This document shows, piece after piece, positions 7,153-14,917 of a DNA stretch of 35,774 nt (within the stretch, counting starts at the first letter, position 1; every line of letters begins with the position of its first letter). Position numbers and translations under genes: made by a program. Location of the stretch: positions 1 to 35,774 of IMG/VR virus record IMGVR_UViG_3300017766_003544; one strand, written 5' to 3'. This stretch comes from a virus. Lineage: Duplodnaviria > Caudoviricetes. The notes beneath the pieces were generated by a model. That model was not told the origin of the DNA and searched no databases. It saw only the letters and a program-made list of their open reading frames with translations.

Positions 7153-7947
7153 TCAAATCCCCAGCCGTCTCCGCTCCGCCTCCTCCGCCAGCCCTTGCAG
7201 CTTCCGCCGCAGTTGCAGCGGACTCAGCCCGCGAAACTCCGCCCGCACCGGCACCCCATGCACCAGCTCCTCATGCTCGCGCCTCAGAGCCTCACGCACA
7301 CACACCGGCAGATCCTCCTCCTCACTCGCCTTGCGATTCGTGTTCCCCATCTGCGCCACCTCACAGCGCCGACGCGTCACCCGCTTCTTCGCAAACCAAA
7401 ACTCCGTCAGCCCCATCTCATCGTGCATATCGCGTAGCTGGGACTTCTCCACCACGCCCCGCACCACTGCCTGCATCGCCGCACACACCGCCGAGCGCGG
7501 ATTCCGCGCCCGCAGTCCCCACAGCTTCCCGATCGCCTCAAAGCTCGGCAGCGCCGCCCGCACCACCGGCCCGCGCTCATACGCATACGCCAGCAGAGAC
7601 ACCCGGCGGCCCAGCGCCAGTGCCTCACTTAAACCTCCGGTAATCATCTCCACCACCTGTCCGCGATCTTCAAAAGTCGCATCAGCCACACCAATGTGCA
7701 GATAGTCCCAGCACAAGGTAGAAACCACATGCAGCTCCTTCCGAAGTTTCGCCCGTGTTGGCGGCAGACATCCCGGCATAAGACGCTCACACAGCAGCCA
7801 TGCGCGCAGCCCCATCTCTTTCAGCGAGCACGCATCCACCACACAGGCCACCAGCACCTGGCTAAAAAGCGTCACCCGTGCCGACCTCTCCCCAGCCCCG
7901 TCCACACGGGACGAGTCCAGCGCCGCAATGTCATAGAATTCGTTCAC
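7153..7947 (-). CDS. Hypothetical early protein
   Basis: GTG start overlapping the upstream stop. Part of the coupled operon. Confidence 0.6.
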   Translation of the reverse strand: MNEFYDIAALDSSRVDGAGERSARVTLFSQVLVACVVDACSLKEMGLRAWLLCERLMPGCLPPTRAKLRKELHVVSTLCWDYLHIGVADATFEDRGQVVEMITGGLSEALALGRRVSLLAYAYERGPVVRAALPSFEAIGKLWGLRARNPRSAVCAAMQAVVRGVVEKSQLRDMHDEMGLTEFWFAKKRVTRRRCEVAQMGNTNRKASEEEDLPVCVREALRREHEELVHGVPVRAEFRGLSPLQLRRKLQGLAEEAERRRLGI

Positions 7948-8228
7948 GCCGCCACCTCCTCGCCCGCACGTCTTTCCCAAAGTTCCATTACCGGCTGGAG
8001 CGCCGCCCTCTGCCGCTCCGCCTCCTGCTGATAATTTCGCGCCAGCGCCATCCCCGTCCGCACCGCAGGCATCTCCGTCTCGATCAGCTCCGTCATCTCC
8101 TTCGCCGTCACCCCCGGCTTCAGCAGCGCATCCGCCACCATCCGCAGCACCATCGCCTGCTGCTCCCGCTCACGGCGCGCACGCACCATCAGCTCCTCCG
8201 GCTTGAAGTTAAAAAGATTCCCACTCAT
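7944..8228 (-). CDS. Hypothetical early protein
   Basis: 94 aa, helical, 4-nt overlaps on both sides. Confidence 0.65.
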   Translation of the reverse strand: MSGNLFNFKPEELMVRARREREQQAMVLRMVADALLKPGVTAKEMTELIETEMPAVRTGMALARNYQQEAERQRAALQPVMELWERRAGEEVAA

Positions 8229-8800
8229 AGCTTCCAGCCCTCCCCCTTCAGCCTCTCAAAATTCCGCTCGATCCGGTCCAGCGACACCTCACGCAGAGAC
8301 CCCGCCAGTCCACGACCCCGCCCCATCGCCCGCATCAGCGCCGAATGCGCCGTGCAGTCCGCATCATAGAAGGCCCGCACAAAACCACGCTGCGCCTTCG
8401 CACGCTCCCACATCACCACCAGCGCCGCCTGCCGGTCATAGCGTGCGTCCAGATCCTTCTGCGCCTTCTGCTCCTTGTCCGCACGGCGCACCGCCGCCGC
8501 CTTCGCCAGCGCCGCATGCAGCAGACCATGCCGGCCACGCGTCGCATAGCTCCGCTGCCCCATCGTCCGGCGCGGCGTCTTCACACCCTCCTCCTCATCA
8601 TCCTCAGCCTCCACCGCCTGATCAAACTCCGGGTCATACATCCCCCGGCGGTAGAGTGCAAAGTCCAGCAGCTTATGCTCATAGCCGCCCACCGTCGGCA
8701 TATGCTCCCACGTCCGCCCATTAAACGTCTGCTCCCAGGCCTCACAGCCAGGCCGCGCCGACTTGCGGATCACCTTCGTGATTCGAGTTCCCGCGATCAT
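8225..8800 (-). CDS. Hypothetical early protein
   Basis: 191 aa, ATGA overlaps on both sides. Confidence 0.65.
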   Translation of the reverse strand: MIAGTRITKVIRKSARPGCEAWEQTFNGRTWEHMPTVGGYEHKLLDFALYRRGMYDPEFDQAVEAEDDEEEGVKTPRRTMGQRSYATRGRHGLLHAALAKAAAVRRADKEQKAQKDLDARYDRQAALVVMWERAKAQRGFVRAFYDADCTAHSALMRAMGRGRGLAGSLREVSLDRIERNFERLKGEGWKL

Positions 8801-9174
8801 GCCAGCACCTCCTTCTCCTCGGCACTCATCGCCAGCATCGCATCACGCCGCGCCCGTTGGGCCAGCGTCAGCTTCACATTCGGCTGATCCATCAGCCCCC
8901 GGCACCACAGCCAGAAGTTCATCGCCCGCACATCATCAGCCCCCGACACCGATGGCATATCCCGCCACGTAAAGCCCCGCACCTTCCCCATCGCGTCCAG
9001 CTTCTGAGTGCATTCCCTCGGCAGCCAGCTCGACTCTGGCGACCACACCATCACCTTCCCCTTCCGCCGCTCCGCAGGGTAGCGAGTCAGCACCGGCTTC
9101 GATCTCGAATCCGCCACCACGCCCCCCGCAGCCAAAGCCCGCGCCACCATCCGCCGAAGATCCGCCGGACTCAT
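8797..9174 (-). CDS. Hypothetical early protein
   Basis: Start MSPADLRR at 9174 gives an ATGA overlap with the upstream gene. Confidence 0.6.
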   Translation of the reverse strand: MSPADLRRMVARALAAGGVVADSRSKPVLTRYPAERRKGKVMVWSPESSWLPRECTQKLDAMGKVRGFTWRDMPSVSGADDVRAMNFWLWCRGLMDQPNVKLTLAQRARRDAMLAMSAEEKEVLA

Positions 9175-9386
9175 CGAGCACCCCCTTTCATCACCGCAAA
9201 GTCCACACAAGCCCCGGCCAGCGCCAGCGCCCGGTTGATCTCCACCAGCTTCTCATCATCCAGAGCCAGAGACACCGTCTCCGCCCCCTCAAACATCACC
9301 GCCATCAGCACCCCCGATGCCGAATGAATCGTCACCGAGATCCGCTCCCCCGTTTGGGGTCTCACTGTTTCAAAATCGTCCATCAC
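9171..9386 (-). CDS. Hypothetical early protein
   Basis: 71 aa, preceded by GGAGGAG, overlapping both neighbours. Confidence 0.6.
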   Translation of the reverse strand: MMDDFETVRPQTGERISVTIHSASGVLMAVMFEGAETVSLALDDEKLVEINRALALAGACVDFAVMKGGAR

Positions 9387-9691
9387 AGTCTCCTCCTCCG
9401 TTTGGTTGTTCCATTGCTAAACCCCTCAGCCGCCTGGACATCCGCCACCATGTAGGTCGCAAACGCACCACGCGTCCCCTTCATCGGCTTCAGACCCCGC
9501 GCCCGGCACCGCTTCGCCAGATTATCCAGCCGCAGCTCCAGCGTCTCCCCCGGCACCACCCAGCGCCGCATCAGCTCCTCCGCCGTCAGCGGGCGCGACT
9601 GCCCCGCCGGTGACAGCACCGCCGCCACCGCCTCAATCAGCGACCGCAGCCCCCGCACCTCCTCGGTGAGTTGTTCCAGAGTCGCACTCAT
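9383..9691 (-). CDS. Putative DNA-binding / excisionase-like protein
   Basis: Start MSATLEQL at 9691. PLTAEELMRRW...GLKP...TYMVADV resembles a winged-HTH Xis/MerR pattern (inference). Confidence 0.45.
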   Translation of the reverse strand: MSATLEQLTEEVRGLRSLIEAVAAVLSPAGQSRPLTAEELMRRWVVPGETLELRLDNLAKRCRARGLKPMKGTRGAFATYMVADVQAAEGFSNGTTKRRRRL

Positions 9692-9828
9692 CGGCACAGC
9701 GCCCCTCCCAGCAAAGCCAGCATCACATGCACCAGCACCAGAAGCATCGCACAGGCCCACGGCACCGCCGCATCCGTCAGACACAGCGGCCCCTCCAGCC
9801 ACAGGCAAAAAGCACGCACCCACCTCAT
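9688..9828 (-). CDS. Small membrane protein
   Basis: 46 aa from ATG 9828 with a hydrophobic C-terminal half. ATGA overlaps on both sides. Confidence 0.45.
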   Translation of the reverse strand: MRWVRAFCLWLEGPLCLTDAAVPWACAMLLVLVHVMLALLGGALCR

Positions 9829-10016
9829 GGCCGGGACACCTCCAAAACTTGCGCCTGATAGCGCAGGCACGCCCGGTGGATGTGCCCCACCACATGCAGC
9901 GCCCACCCCGCCAGAGCAGACAGCACCAGCAGCATCACCACACGCCCCAGAAAGCGGCGCACACCACCCCCACGGCGCGGCTCGCACCGCGTCAAAGTCG
10001 AAGCCAGCGTCATCAT
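9825..10016 (-). CDS. Small membrane protein
   Basis: Hydrophobic segment VVMLLVLSALAGWALHVV. Coupled to both neighbours. Confidence 0.55.
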   Translation of the reverse strand: MMTLASTLTRCEPRRGGGVRRFLGRVVMLLVLSALAGWALHVVGHIHRACLRYQAQVLEVSRP

Positions 10017-10327
10017 GGCCGGTGCGCCCCTCCCAAGCCCTTACGCACCAGCAGCGCCCGCAGATCCCGAGGCGCAGGCGGAAAGCTCGCAGCTTGTAGT
10101 TCGGGCTTCAGCCCGTTCTGACTCTCCACACTCAGATGCTCGTCCTGCCAAGCCCGCAGCCTCGCCGCCCCCGCCTCCAGATAATCCCCCACACGGGAAC
10201 TCGCATTCCCCCCACCCGCAGCCGCCCCACTGGCAGACACCCGTCTGTCCGATGCCGAGCGCCCCATCGGTTGCGCCTGCCCGGCCCCCCGTCTTCTTCT
10301 GTTCGTGTTTTGATTTTCGTAGATCAT
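10013..10327 (-). CDS. Hypothetical early protein (contains a REP-like repeat in frame)
   Basis: GGAGG upstream. The peptide ESQNGLKPELQA is encoded by the 34-bp repeat. Confidence 0.5.
   Translation of the reverse strand: MIYENQNTNRRRRGAGQAQPMGRSASDRRVSASGAAAGGGNASSRVGDYLEAGAARLRAWQDEHLSVESQNGLKPELQAASFPPAPRDLRALLVRKGLGGAHRP
10092..10125 (+). repeat. 34-bp GTAG-type REP-like palindrome, copy 1
   Basis: GCTTGTAGTTCGGGCTTCAGCCCGTTCTGACTCT, identical to 11906-11939. GTAG is followed by the hairpin CGGGCT-TC-AGCCCG. Confidence 0.8.
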
Positions 10328-10393
10328 CGTCTTCCTCCGTGTCTTCGTTGTTGGTTGTGCCGCAGAGCCCCTGCGGTGCGGGATTGTAAAAAA

Positions 10394-10564
10394 TCAGGCC
10401 AGCTTCAGCACCTCGCGCAGCCCGTTGCGCACATCGCAGAGCCGATCCACAATCGCTCCCTGCTCCCGGTTCAGCTCCTGAGTCTCCGGCATTGCCGCCA
10501 GCTTCTCAGCCACCAGCGCCATCATCGCCGCCATTGCCGCCCGCTCCTGGGTTGTCAGTTTCAT
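10394..10564 (-). CDS. Small hypothetical early protein
   Basis: MKLTTQERAA..., helical, second gene of the early operon. Confidence 0.6.
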   Translation of the reverse strand: MKLTTQERAAMAAMMALVAEKLAAMPETQELNREQGAIVDRLCDVRNGLREVLKLA

Positions 10565-10595
10565 AAAGGTCAGTGAGGTCAGTGAGGTCAAAACT

Positions 10596-10778
10596 TCAGG
10601 CCGCCGCCAGTTGGCTAACTAGGACCTTCAGCCCCCGCTCCAGAGAGAGTCTCATCACATCCTGCTTAGAGAGATTCGTGGATCTCGATGCCTCATCGAT
10701 CTTGGCATCCAGATCCGTCGAAAGGCGGACTGGGACGCTCACTGATTCAGGTCTTCTTGGGCTCGTTTTCTTGCTCAT
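10596..10778 (-). CDS. Ribbon-helix-helix (Arc/CopG-like) Cro-analogue
   Basis: SVSVPVRLSTDLDAKIDEASRSTNLSKQDVMRLSLERGL fits the RHH pattern. First gene after the leftward promoter. Confidence 0.75.
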   Translation of the reverse strand: MSKKTSPRRPESVSVPVRLSTDLDAKIDEASRSTNLSKQDVMRLSLERGLKVLVSQLAAA

Positions 10779-10784
10779 GGGAAC

Positions 10785-10839
10785 CACTGTATGCAAAACG
10801 CATACAGTGTCAACAAAAATGTGTGCAAAGTTTATACAT
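10785..10839. promoter_or_regulatory. Divergent immunity switch: leftward sigma70-type promoter plus operators
   Basis: Minus strand TTGACA(10813-10808)-16 nt-TACAGT. A perfect inverted repeat CACTGTATGC-N5-GCATACAGTG (10785-10809) overlaps it, with a related degenerate copy at 10819-10839. Confidence 0.75.
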
Positions 10840-10854
10840 AGGCTATTCTAAGCC

Positions 10855-11211
10855 ATGAGCACACCCAATACCGTCTCGTTCCCCGTGCGTATGCCCGCAG
10901 ACCTGAAAGCACAAATATCCGCACTCTCGATCAACCTCGGCATCTCAGAGCAGGACACCATGCGCCTCTGTCTTCGAATCGGGTTAACCGACATCGAATC
11001 CATTAAAAAGGATCATTCCGCACTGGTCAAAGAAGCTGCTGACGAGTGCGGCTCCAGCTTCGCAAGCTGGGCTAAAAACAAAAGCGCAGCAAAAACCAAA
11101 CTTCCACCCATCAAGCCCCAGAACTCAGGCAAGGTCTATGAGTTCCCATGCGATAGCGGCTTGAAAGTTGCCGACGAACACAACAAAGGCGCAGGCTTCG
11201 ACGGCCTCTGA
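10855..11211 (+). CDS. Ribbon-helix-helix repressor (CI analogue)
   Basis: TVSFPVRMPADLKAQISALSINLGISEQDTMRLCLRIGL, paralogous to the divergent RHH gene. Confidence 0.72.
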   Translation: MSTPNTVSFPVRMPADLKAQISALSINLGISEQDTMRLCLRIGLTDIESIKKDHSALVKEAADECGSSFASWAKNKSAAKTKLPPIKPQNSGKVYEFPCDSGLKVADEHNKGAGFDGL

Positions 11212-11233
11212 CATCGCCTAACCATCACCCCAC

Positions 11234-11267
11234 AAAAAAAGCCGAGGCTCATCACCTCGGCTTTTTT
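11234..11267. terminator. Bidirectional intrinsic terminator
   Basis: A7-GCCGAGG-CTCATCA-CCTCGGC-T6 between convergent genes. Confidence 0.88.
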
Positions 11268-11722
11268 CATTTCAACGGCACACGACAGGCCGGGCAGAGC
11301 CGCGACCTCGGTGCCACAGAATTACCGCACCTTCCGCAGGTCATCACATAGCTCGTATGATCGATGATCAGCGCCGCCACGATCAGCAGCAGCCCCACCG
11401 GCCAGAATAAAATCAGCATCACCAGACCTAACAGAAAACAAAACATCGCCCCGCATCCGCTCCCCTTGCTCCGGCGCTTCTTTCTCACCGGAGCCATCTG
11501 CAACGTCGGCGGGATAAAAGCAGGCTCCCGGCCTGCCTCCATCTCACAGGCAGCCAGCTCATCATCCAGCCCATACCACACCTCCTCCCCTTGGCGGCAC
11601 ACCAGCGCCTCCGCCGTCACAGAGCCAGCCTCATGCATCTTCTGGAGCTGCCCCAAAGCAAACGGCCCCTCAGCATCAGCATCTGGGGTGCGGCAAAGCC
11701 AGTAAGTAGTCGGCAAATTCAT
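11267..11722 (-). CDS. GYF_2 (DUF4339)-like membrane protein with C-terminal zinc ribbon
   Basis: EGPF.L.QL..M...G......LVCRQG...W motif, two TM helices, CGRC...CPAC. Confidence 0.7.
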   Translation of the reverse strand: MNLPTTYWLCRTPDADAEGPFALGQLQKMHEAGSVTAEALVCRQGEEVWYGLDDELAACEMEAGREPAFIPPTLQMAPVRKKRRSKGSGCGAMFCFLLGLVMLILFWPVGLLLIVAALIIDHTSYVMTCGRCGNSVAPRSRLCPACRVPLK

Positions 11723-11775
11723 CCTCGCATCCTCCCCGAAAAGTCAATAACGTCAACACCGTCCATCCCGTCCCC

Positions 11776-11904
11776 ATGATCGCCGCCACCACCTGGGAAA
11801 CCATCGCCGCCCTATCCCTCGGCATCCTCTGCGCCATCGGCTGGGGCCTCCTCACCGGCACCCTCCGCTTCCCCAAACGCCGCCGCCCACGCCGCCGACG
11901 TTAG
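11776..11904 (+). CDS. 42-aa single-TM peptide with Arg-rich tail (not in the ORF track)
   Basis: MIAATTWETIAALSLGILCAIGWGLLTGTLRFPKRRRPRRRR*, read directly from the sequence. Confidence 0.55.
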   Translation: MIAATTWETIAALSLGILCAIGWGLLTGTLRFPKRRRPRRRR

Positions 11905-11905
11905 C

Positions 11906-11939
11906 GCTTGTAGTTCGGGCTTCAGCCCGTTCTGACTCT
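11906..11939 (+). repeat. 34-bp GTAG-type REP-like palindrome, copy 2
   Basis: Identical to 10092-10125. Lies between convergent stops, abutting the integrase stop. Confidence 0.8.
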
Positions 11940-13056
11940 AAGGAGCCAGCGCCCAAAACCCCGCCGCCTCCCGCCGCGTCTTTAGCGCCCGGTAATGCTG
12001 GTGCAGCATGTTCGCGCTCTCATGCCCCATCTGCGCCTGAAGCTTCGCCTCATCCTGCCACATCGCATAATGCATCGACGCATACGTGTGCCGCAGCCCA
12101 TTGTTCGGCCACACCGCCAGCCCGCACTTCGGCCAAAACAGCGGCCACTTCTCCTTCAAGTTAGACGGAGCCACCCGCGCCGTCTTCCCCCGCACCTCCT
12201 CCCCAGCCGCCCTGATCCACGCCACCGCATTCACCGTCAGATCCACCACCCGCCGCTGCCGCGTCTTCGAAATCCTCGCCCCCACGACCACCGTCCGCTC
12301 CTCCAGATTGATCGCATCCCACGTCAACCGCTCCATCTCCGCCCGACGCAGCCCCCCAAACATCCCCAGCACCACATAAGGCATCATCCTCGGCTCCAGC
12401 AGCGCCTGCCTCAGCATCCGCCCACACTGCTCCACCGTCAGCGTCCCGATCTCCTCAGCAAGATCCGCCTTCACCACCAAGCCCGCCGAAGGGTCCACCG
12501 CCACATGCCCCTGCGCCACCTCCCGCCCCCAGGCATAGAGCGACCTGAAATGCCCCAGCGCCCCGCTTTGCGTCCGCTTAGACCACCCCTGCCCCGCCAG
12601 CCAAGCCAGCACCTGCCCCGCCGTCAACTCATGAGCCATCACCAAAGGGAAGGCCCGAGCCAGCGACCGCAGCGTCCCCCGATACGTCTCCAGCGTCCTC
12701 CGCGACTTCCCCGCCTCCACCTTCGCCCACAGAAAACTCTCCACCAGCTCCGGCACCAGCACCCTGTTTTTCACCAGCGTCCCATGCCTCATAAAAAACT
12801 CCACCGCCTCCGAGATCGAAGCCCCAGCCTCCCGCAACCTAACCTTCAGCGTCAAAAACTCCGCCATCTCCTGAGGTGAAGCCGAAAGCCCCAGCGCCCC
12901 ATGCGACACCACCGCCGCCTGCGCCTTCGCCAGCGCCCTCTCCGCCGCCCCACGATCCTCCCCAAACGAAACACGCCTCCGCACCCCATCGACGATCCCA
13001 TAGTCGATGAGCCAGGAGAAATGCCCACTAGGCAGCCTACGTTTTCGGAGCTTCAT
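11938..13056 (-). CDS. int: Phage integrase (tyrosine recombinase)
   Basis: GMFGGLRRAE, SKT, NGLRHTYAS and MGH...HY catalytic motifs. N-terminal arm-binding-like region. Adjacent to attP. Confidence 0.92.
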   Translation of the reverse strand: MKLRKRRLPSGHFSWLIDYGIVDGVRRRVSFGEDRGAAERALAKAQAAVVSHGALGLSASPQEMAEFLTLKVRLREAGASISEAVEFFMRHGTLVKNRVLVPELVESFLWAKVEAGKSRRTLETYRGTLRSLARAFPLVMAHELTAGQVLAWLAGQGWSKRTQSGALGHFRSLYAWGREVAQGHVAVDPSAGLVVKADLAEEIGTLTVEQCGRMLRQALLEPRMMPYVVLGMFGGLRRAEMERLTWDAINLEERTVVVGARISKTRQRRVVDLTVNAVAWIRAAGEEVRGKTARVAPSNLKEKWPLFWPKCGLAVWPNNGLRHTYASMHYAMWQDEAKLQAQMGHESANMLHQHYRALKTRREAAGFWALAP

Positions 13057-13157
13057 GCCACGACCTTCGCGAGCCGTCGTGTGCCGTTCAAGCGTCGCTT
13101 TCGGTCGTTTTCCGGCCCTTTTGAGCCTCTTTCAAGCCTCCATCTCTCTTGGAGAGA

Positions 13158-13180
13158 TGGCGACCCCTACGAGAATCGAA
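13158..13180 (-). other. attP: attP core matching a tRNA 3' end (probably tRNA-Glu)
   Basis: Minus strand TTCGATT-CTCGT-AGGGGTC-G-CCA equals T-loop, T-stem, acceptor strand, discriminator and CCA. Flanked by GTGTGCCG arm-type repeats at 13079, 13220 and 13231. Confidence 0.82.
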
Positions 13181-13254
13181 TGCGGGTTAGTGGCTGGAAT
13201 TACTTGGCATCGTGCGGCGGTGTGCCGTTTGTGTGCCGGTGTGGACTGAATTAA

Positions 13255-13818
13255 TCAGAGCAGGCTCTGCGAAAACTTGAGGGTCTTGTCCCAGCGGGCC
13301 TGGAGGCCTTTCCAGAATTTAGCGCGGGCTCCGACTGGCGGGGCGATTTGTTGCTCGTAGGCTTCGCGGGCTCGGCGGAGACAGAGGAGAAGCTCGGAGG
13401 CGATGAGGACACTGCCGGTGGCTTTGGTGACGGGGCCGACTTTGCCGTCGATCTTGGCACCGACGGCGCGCTGGTAGATCTTGGCGGCTCCACCGGGGCC
13501 GCGATTGAAGGCGCAGTCGCGGAGGTAGGCTTCGACGGCAATGTGAGGATGCCAGCCGAGGACGGCATCGGTGTAGGCCAGGATGTATTCGCGGGCGAGC
13601 AGCTCGGCGGCGAGGTGGTCGCCAGCGTCGATGAGTCCTGCTAGCTTCCGGGCCTGCTCGGGGTGGTATCGGTCATTGATGCCAGCGACCTCGAAGGTGC
13701 CGCCACCATCGGCCTTAGGCAGGGGATAGACGAGGAGCCTGCCTTGTCCATCGCGCCTGGCTTCACAGTCCACGATGAATTTTCCGATGGCGAGCTGGGC
13801 AGGGGTGCGGGGTTTCAT
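13255..13818 (-). CDS. Endolysin (GH108-like lysozyme with peptidoglycan-binding segment)
   Basis: DGGGTFEVAGIN, DCAFNRG, QRAVGAKIDGKVGPVT and KFWKGLQARW motifs. Last late gene. Confidence 0.78.
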   Translation of the reverse strand: MKPRTPAQLAIGKFIVDCEARRDGQGRLLVYPLPKADGGGTFEVAGINDRYHPEQARKLAGLIDAGDHLAAELLAREYILAYTDAVLGWHPHIAVEAYLRDCAFNRGPGGAAKIYQRAVGAKIDGKVGPVTKATGSVLIASELLLCLRRAREAYEQQIAPPVGARAKFWKGLQARWDKTLKFSQSLL

Positions 13819-13839
13819 TCCTCGGCGGGGCTGTCAATG

Positions 13840-13871
13840 AAAAGCCCCTGCCAGGACATCTGGCAGGGGCT
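13840..13871 (-). terminator. Intrinsic terminator
   Basis: AGCCCCTGCCAG-loop-CTGGCAGGGGCT followed by TTT on the minus strand. Confidence 0.7.
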
Positions 13872-13906
13872 CGACGGCAGCGGTGTCTTGTGGGGTCGGA
13901 TAAAGG

Positions 13907-14092
13907 TTAGGCGAAGAGGGCAAGCTTGCCTTTGGTGATCCAGCGAAGGCCAGCGTTGACCAGGGAGATGACCACGAGAGTTTCCCCTGGATGGGCAGCG
14001 ACGAAGACGGTCACTGGTGGATAAAAAGCGGCGATGGCGGTGATGGCTTGGGCAGCCATCGTTTTGGAAGTAAAGATGCTTTTAGTGTTCAT
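13907..14092 (-). CDS. Putative holin
   Basis: 61 aa, KSIFTSKT N-terminus, two hydrophobic segments, LRWITK C-terminus. Next to the endolysin. Confidence 0.6.
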   Translation of the reverse strand: MNTKSIFTSKTMAAQAITAIAAFYPPVTVFVAAHPGETLVVISLVNAGLRWITKGKLALFA

Positions 14093-14116
14093 GGTCTAAC
14101 TCGGGGTGGCTGGGGT

Positions 14117-14353
14117 TTAGGGCTGCGGGTTGGTCACTTGCTTGGAAGAGGTCAAAGGGACGGCATGGACTGCCTTGGCCTGCTCATAGTCGAGCCACCA
14201 CTTGCCAGCGAGGAGGGCGGTCTGGCCGGGGGTGATGCCGGTGGTGGCGGTGTATTTCTCCGCTGCTGGCCCTGTGCAGGAAGTGGATCCGAACATGAAG
14301 CCGAGGATGCCCAGGAGGGCGATGAGGTTGAGGAGTCGGGTGCGTGTGCTCAT
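14117..14353 (-). CDS. Lipoprotein, possible spanin component
   Basis: Signal peptide ending in STSC (lipobox-like Cys). Located in the lysis module. Confidence 0.55.
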   Translation of the reverse strand: MSTRTRLLNLIALLGILGFMFGSTSCTGPAAEKYTATTGITPGQTALLAGKWWLDYEQAKAVHAVPLTSSKQVTNPQP

Positions 14354-14406
14354 AACAATTCGGCGGCGCTGTCAATGACTCGTGTAGTCGCGGATGGCTT
14401 CGAGAT

Positions 14407-14874
14407 TCATGGGTTCTGAGTTTCTCCGCAGCATTCCGAATCACTCGGAAGGATGCGGAAGTTTTTGGCGATCACCCAGGCCTTGCCTTGCTTGACGGGC
14501 TCGGGGTAGATGCGGCCTTCGTTGATCCACTCAGTGACGGCGCGCTCGGTAACTTTTTCACGCTGGGCGATGTCGGCGGTCGTGAGGTAGTCTCGGGCCG
14601 TGAGTAAGGGCTCCTTGCCATCCTTGGATTGTCCCACGTTGACGCTTTGGGACTGCGGAGCATGTCCGACCCCCGTGGGCTTGATGACTAAATTGAGAAG
14701 GCCGACGAGGATACCAGCGATGAGAAGCCACACGATTTTTCGGTGGAACTCCACCATGGTCTCAAGGGTAGATTCAGCGAATTTCATACGGCTGGAAAGA
14801 CCTTCAGATGAATCATCTTCACCGAAGATGGCGCGCTCACATTTGGAAAGTCGGCGGTGAAAATCATCATCCAT
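14407..14874 (-). CDS. Membrane-anchored protein with C-terminal excisionase-type HTH
   Basis: TM IVWLLIAGILVGLLNLVI, then YLTTADIAQREKVTERAVTEWINEGRI...GKAWVI. Confidence 0.65.
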   Translation of the reverse strand: MDDDFHRRLSKCERAIFGEDDSSEGLSSRMKFAESTLETMVEFHRKIVWLLIAGILVGLLNLVIKPTGVGHAPQSQSVNVGQSKDGKEPLLTARDYLTTADIAQREKVTERAVTEWINEGRIYPEPVKQGKAWVIAKNFRILPSDSECCGETQNP

Positions 14875-14917
14875 TTTTACGGTGGTGGTGTCAAAAATGG
14901 AGGAGCAGTAAGAAGGG

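Noticed and set aside
9383-9895. Longest-ORF starts from the track (9895, 9210, 7980, 10796, 30680, 32660, 33109)
   Set aside because: They overlap upstream genes or regulatory sites. Downstream starts give 4-nt overlaps or fit the motif spacing better.
13158-13180. tRNA gene
   Set aside because: Only the 3' 23 nt are present, with no D or anticodon arm. Treated as the attP core.
13832-13837. Late TTGACA copies as ordinary sigma70 -35 boxes
   Set aside because: No -10 hexamer at 16-18 nt, and the start codon often falls within that spacer. Kept as an unexplained motif.
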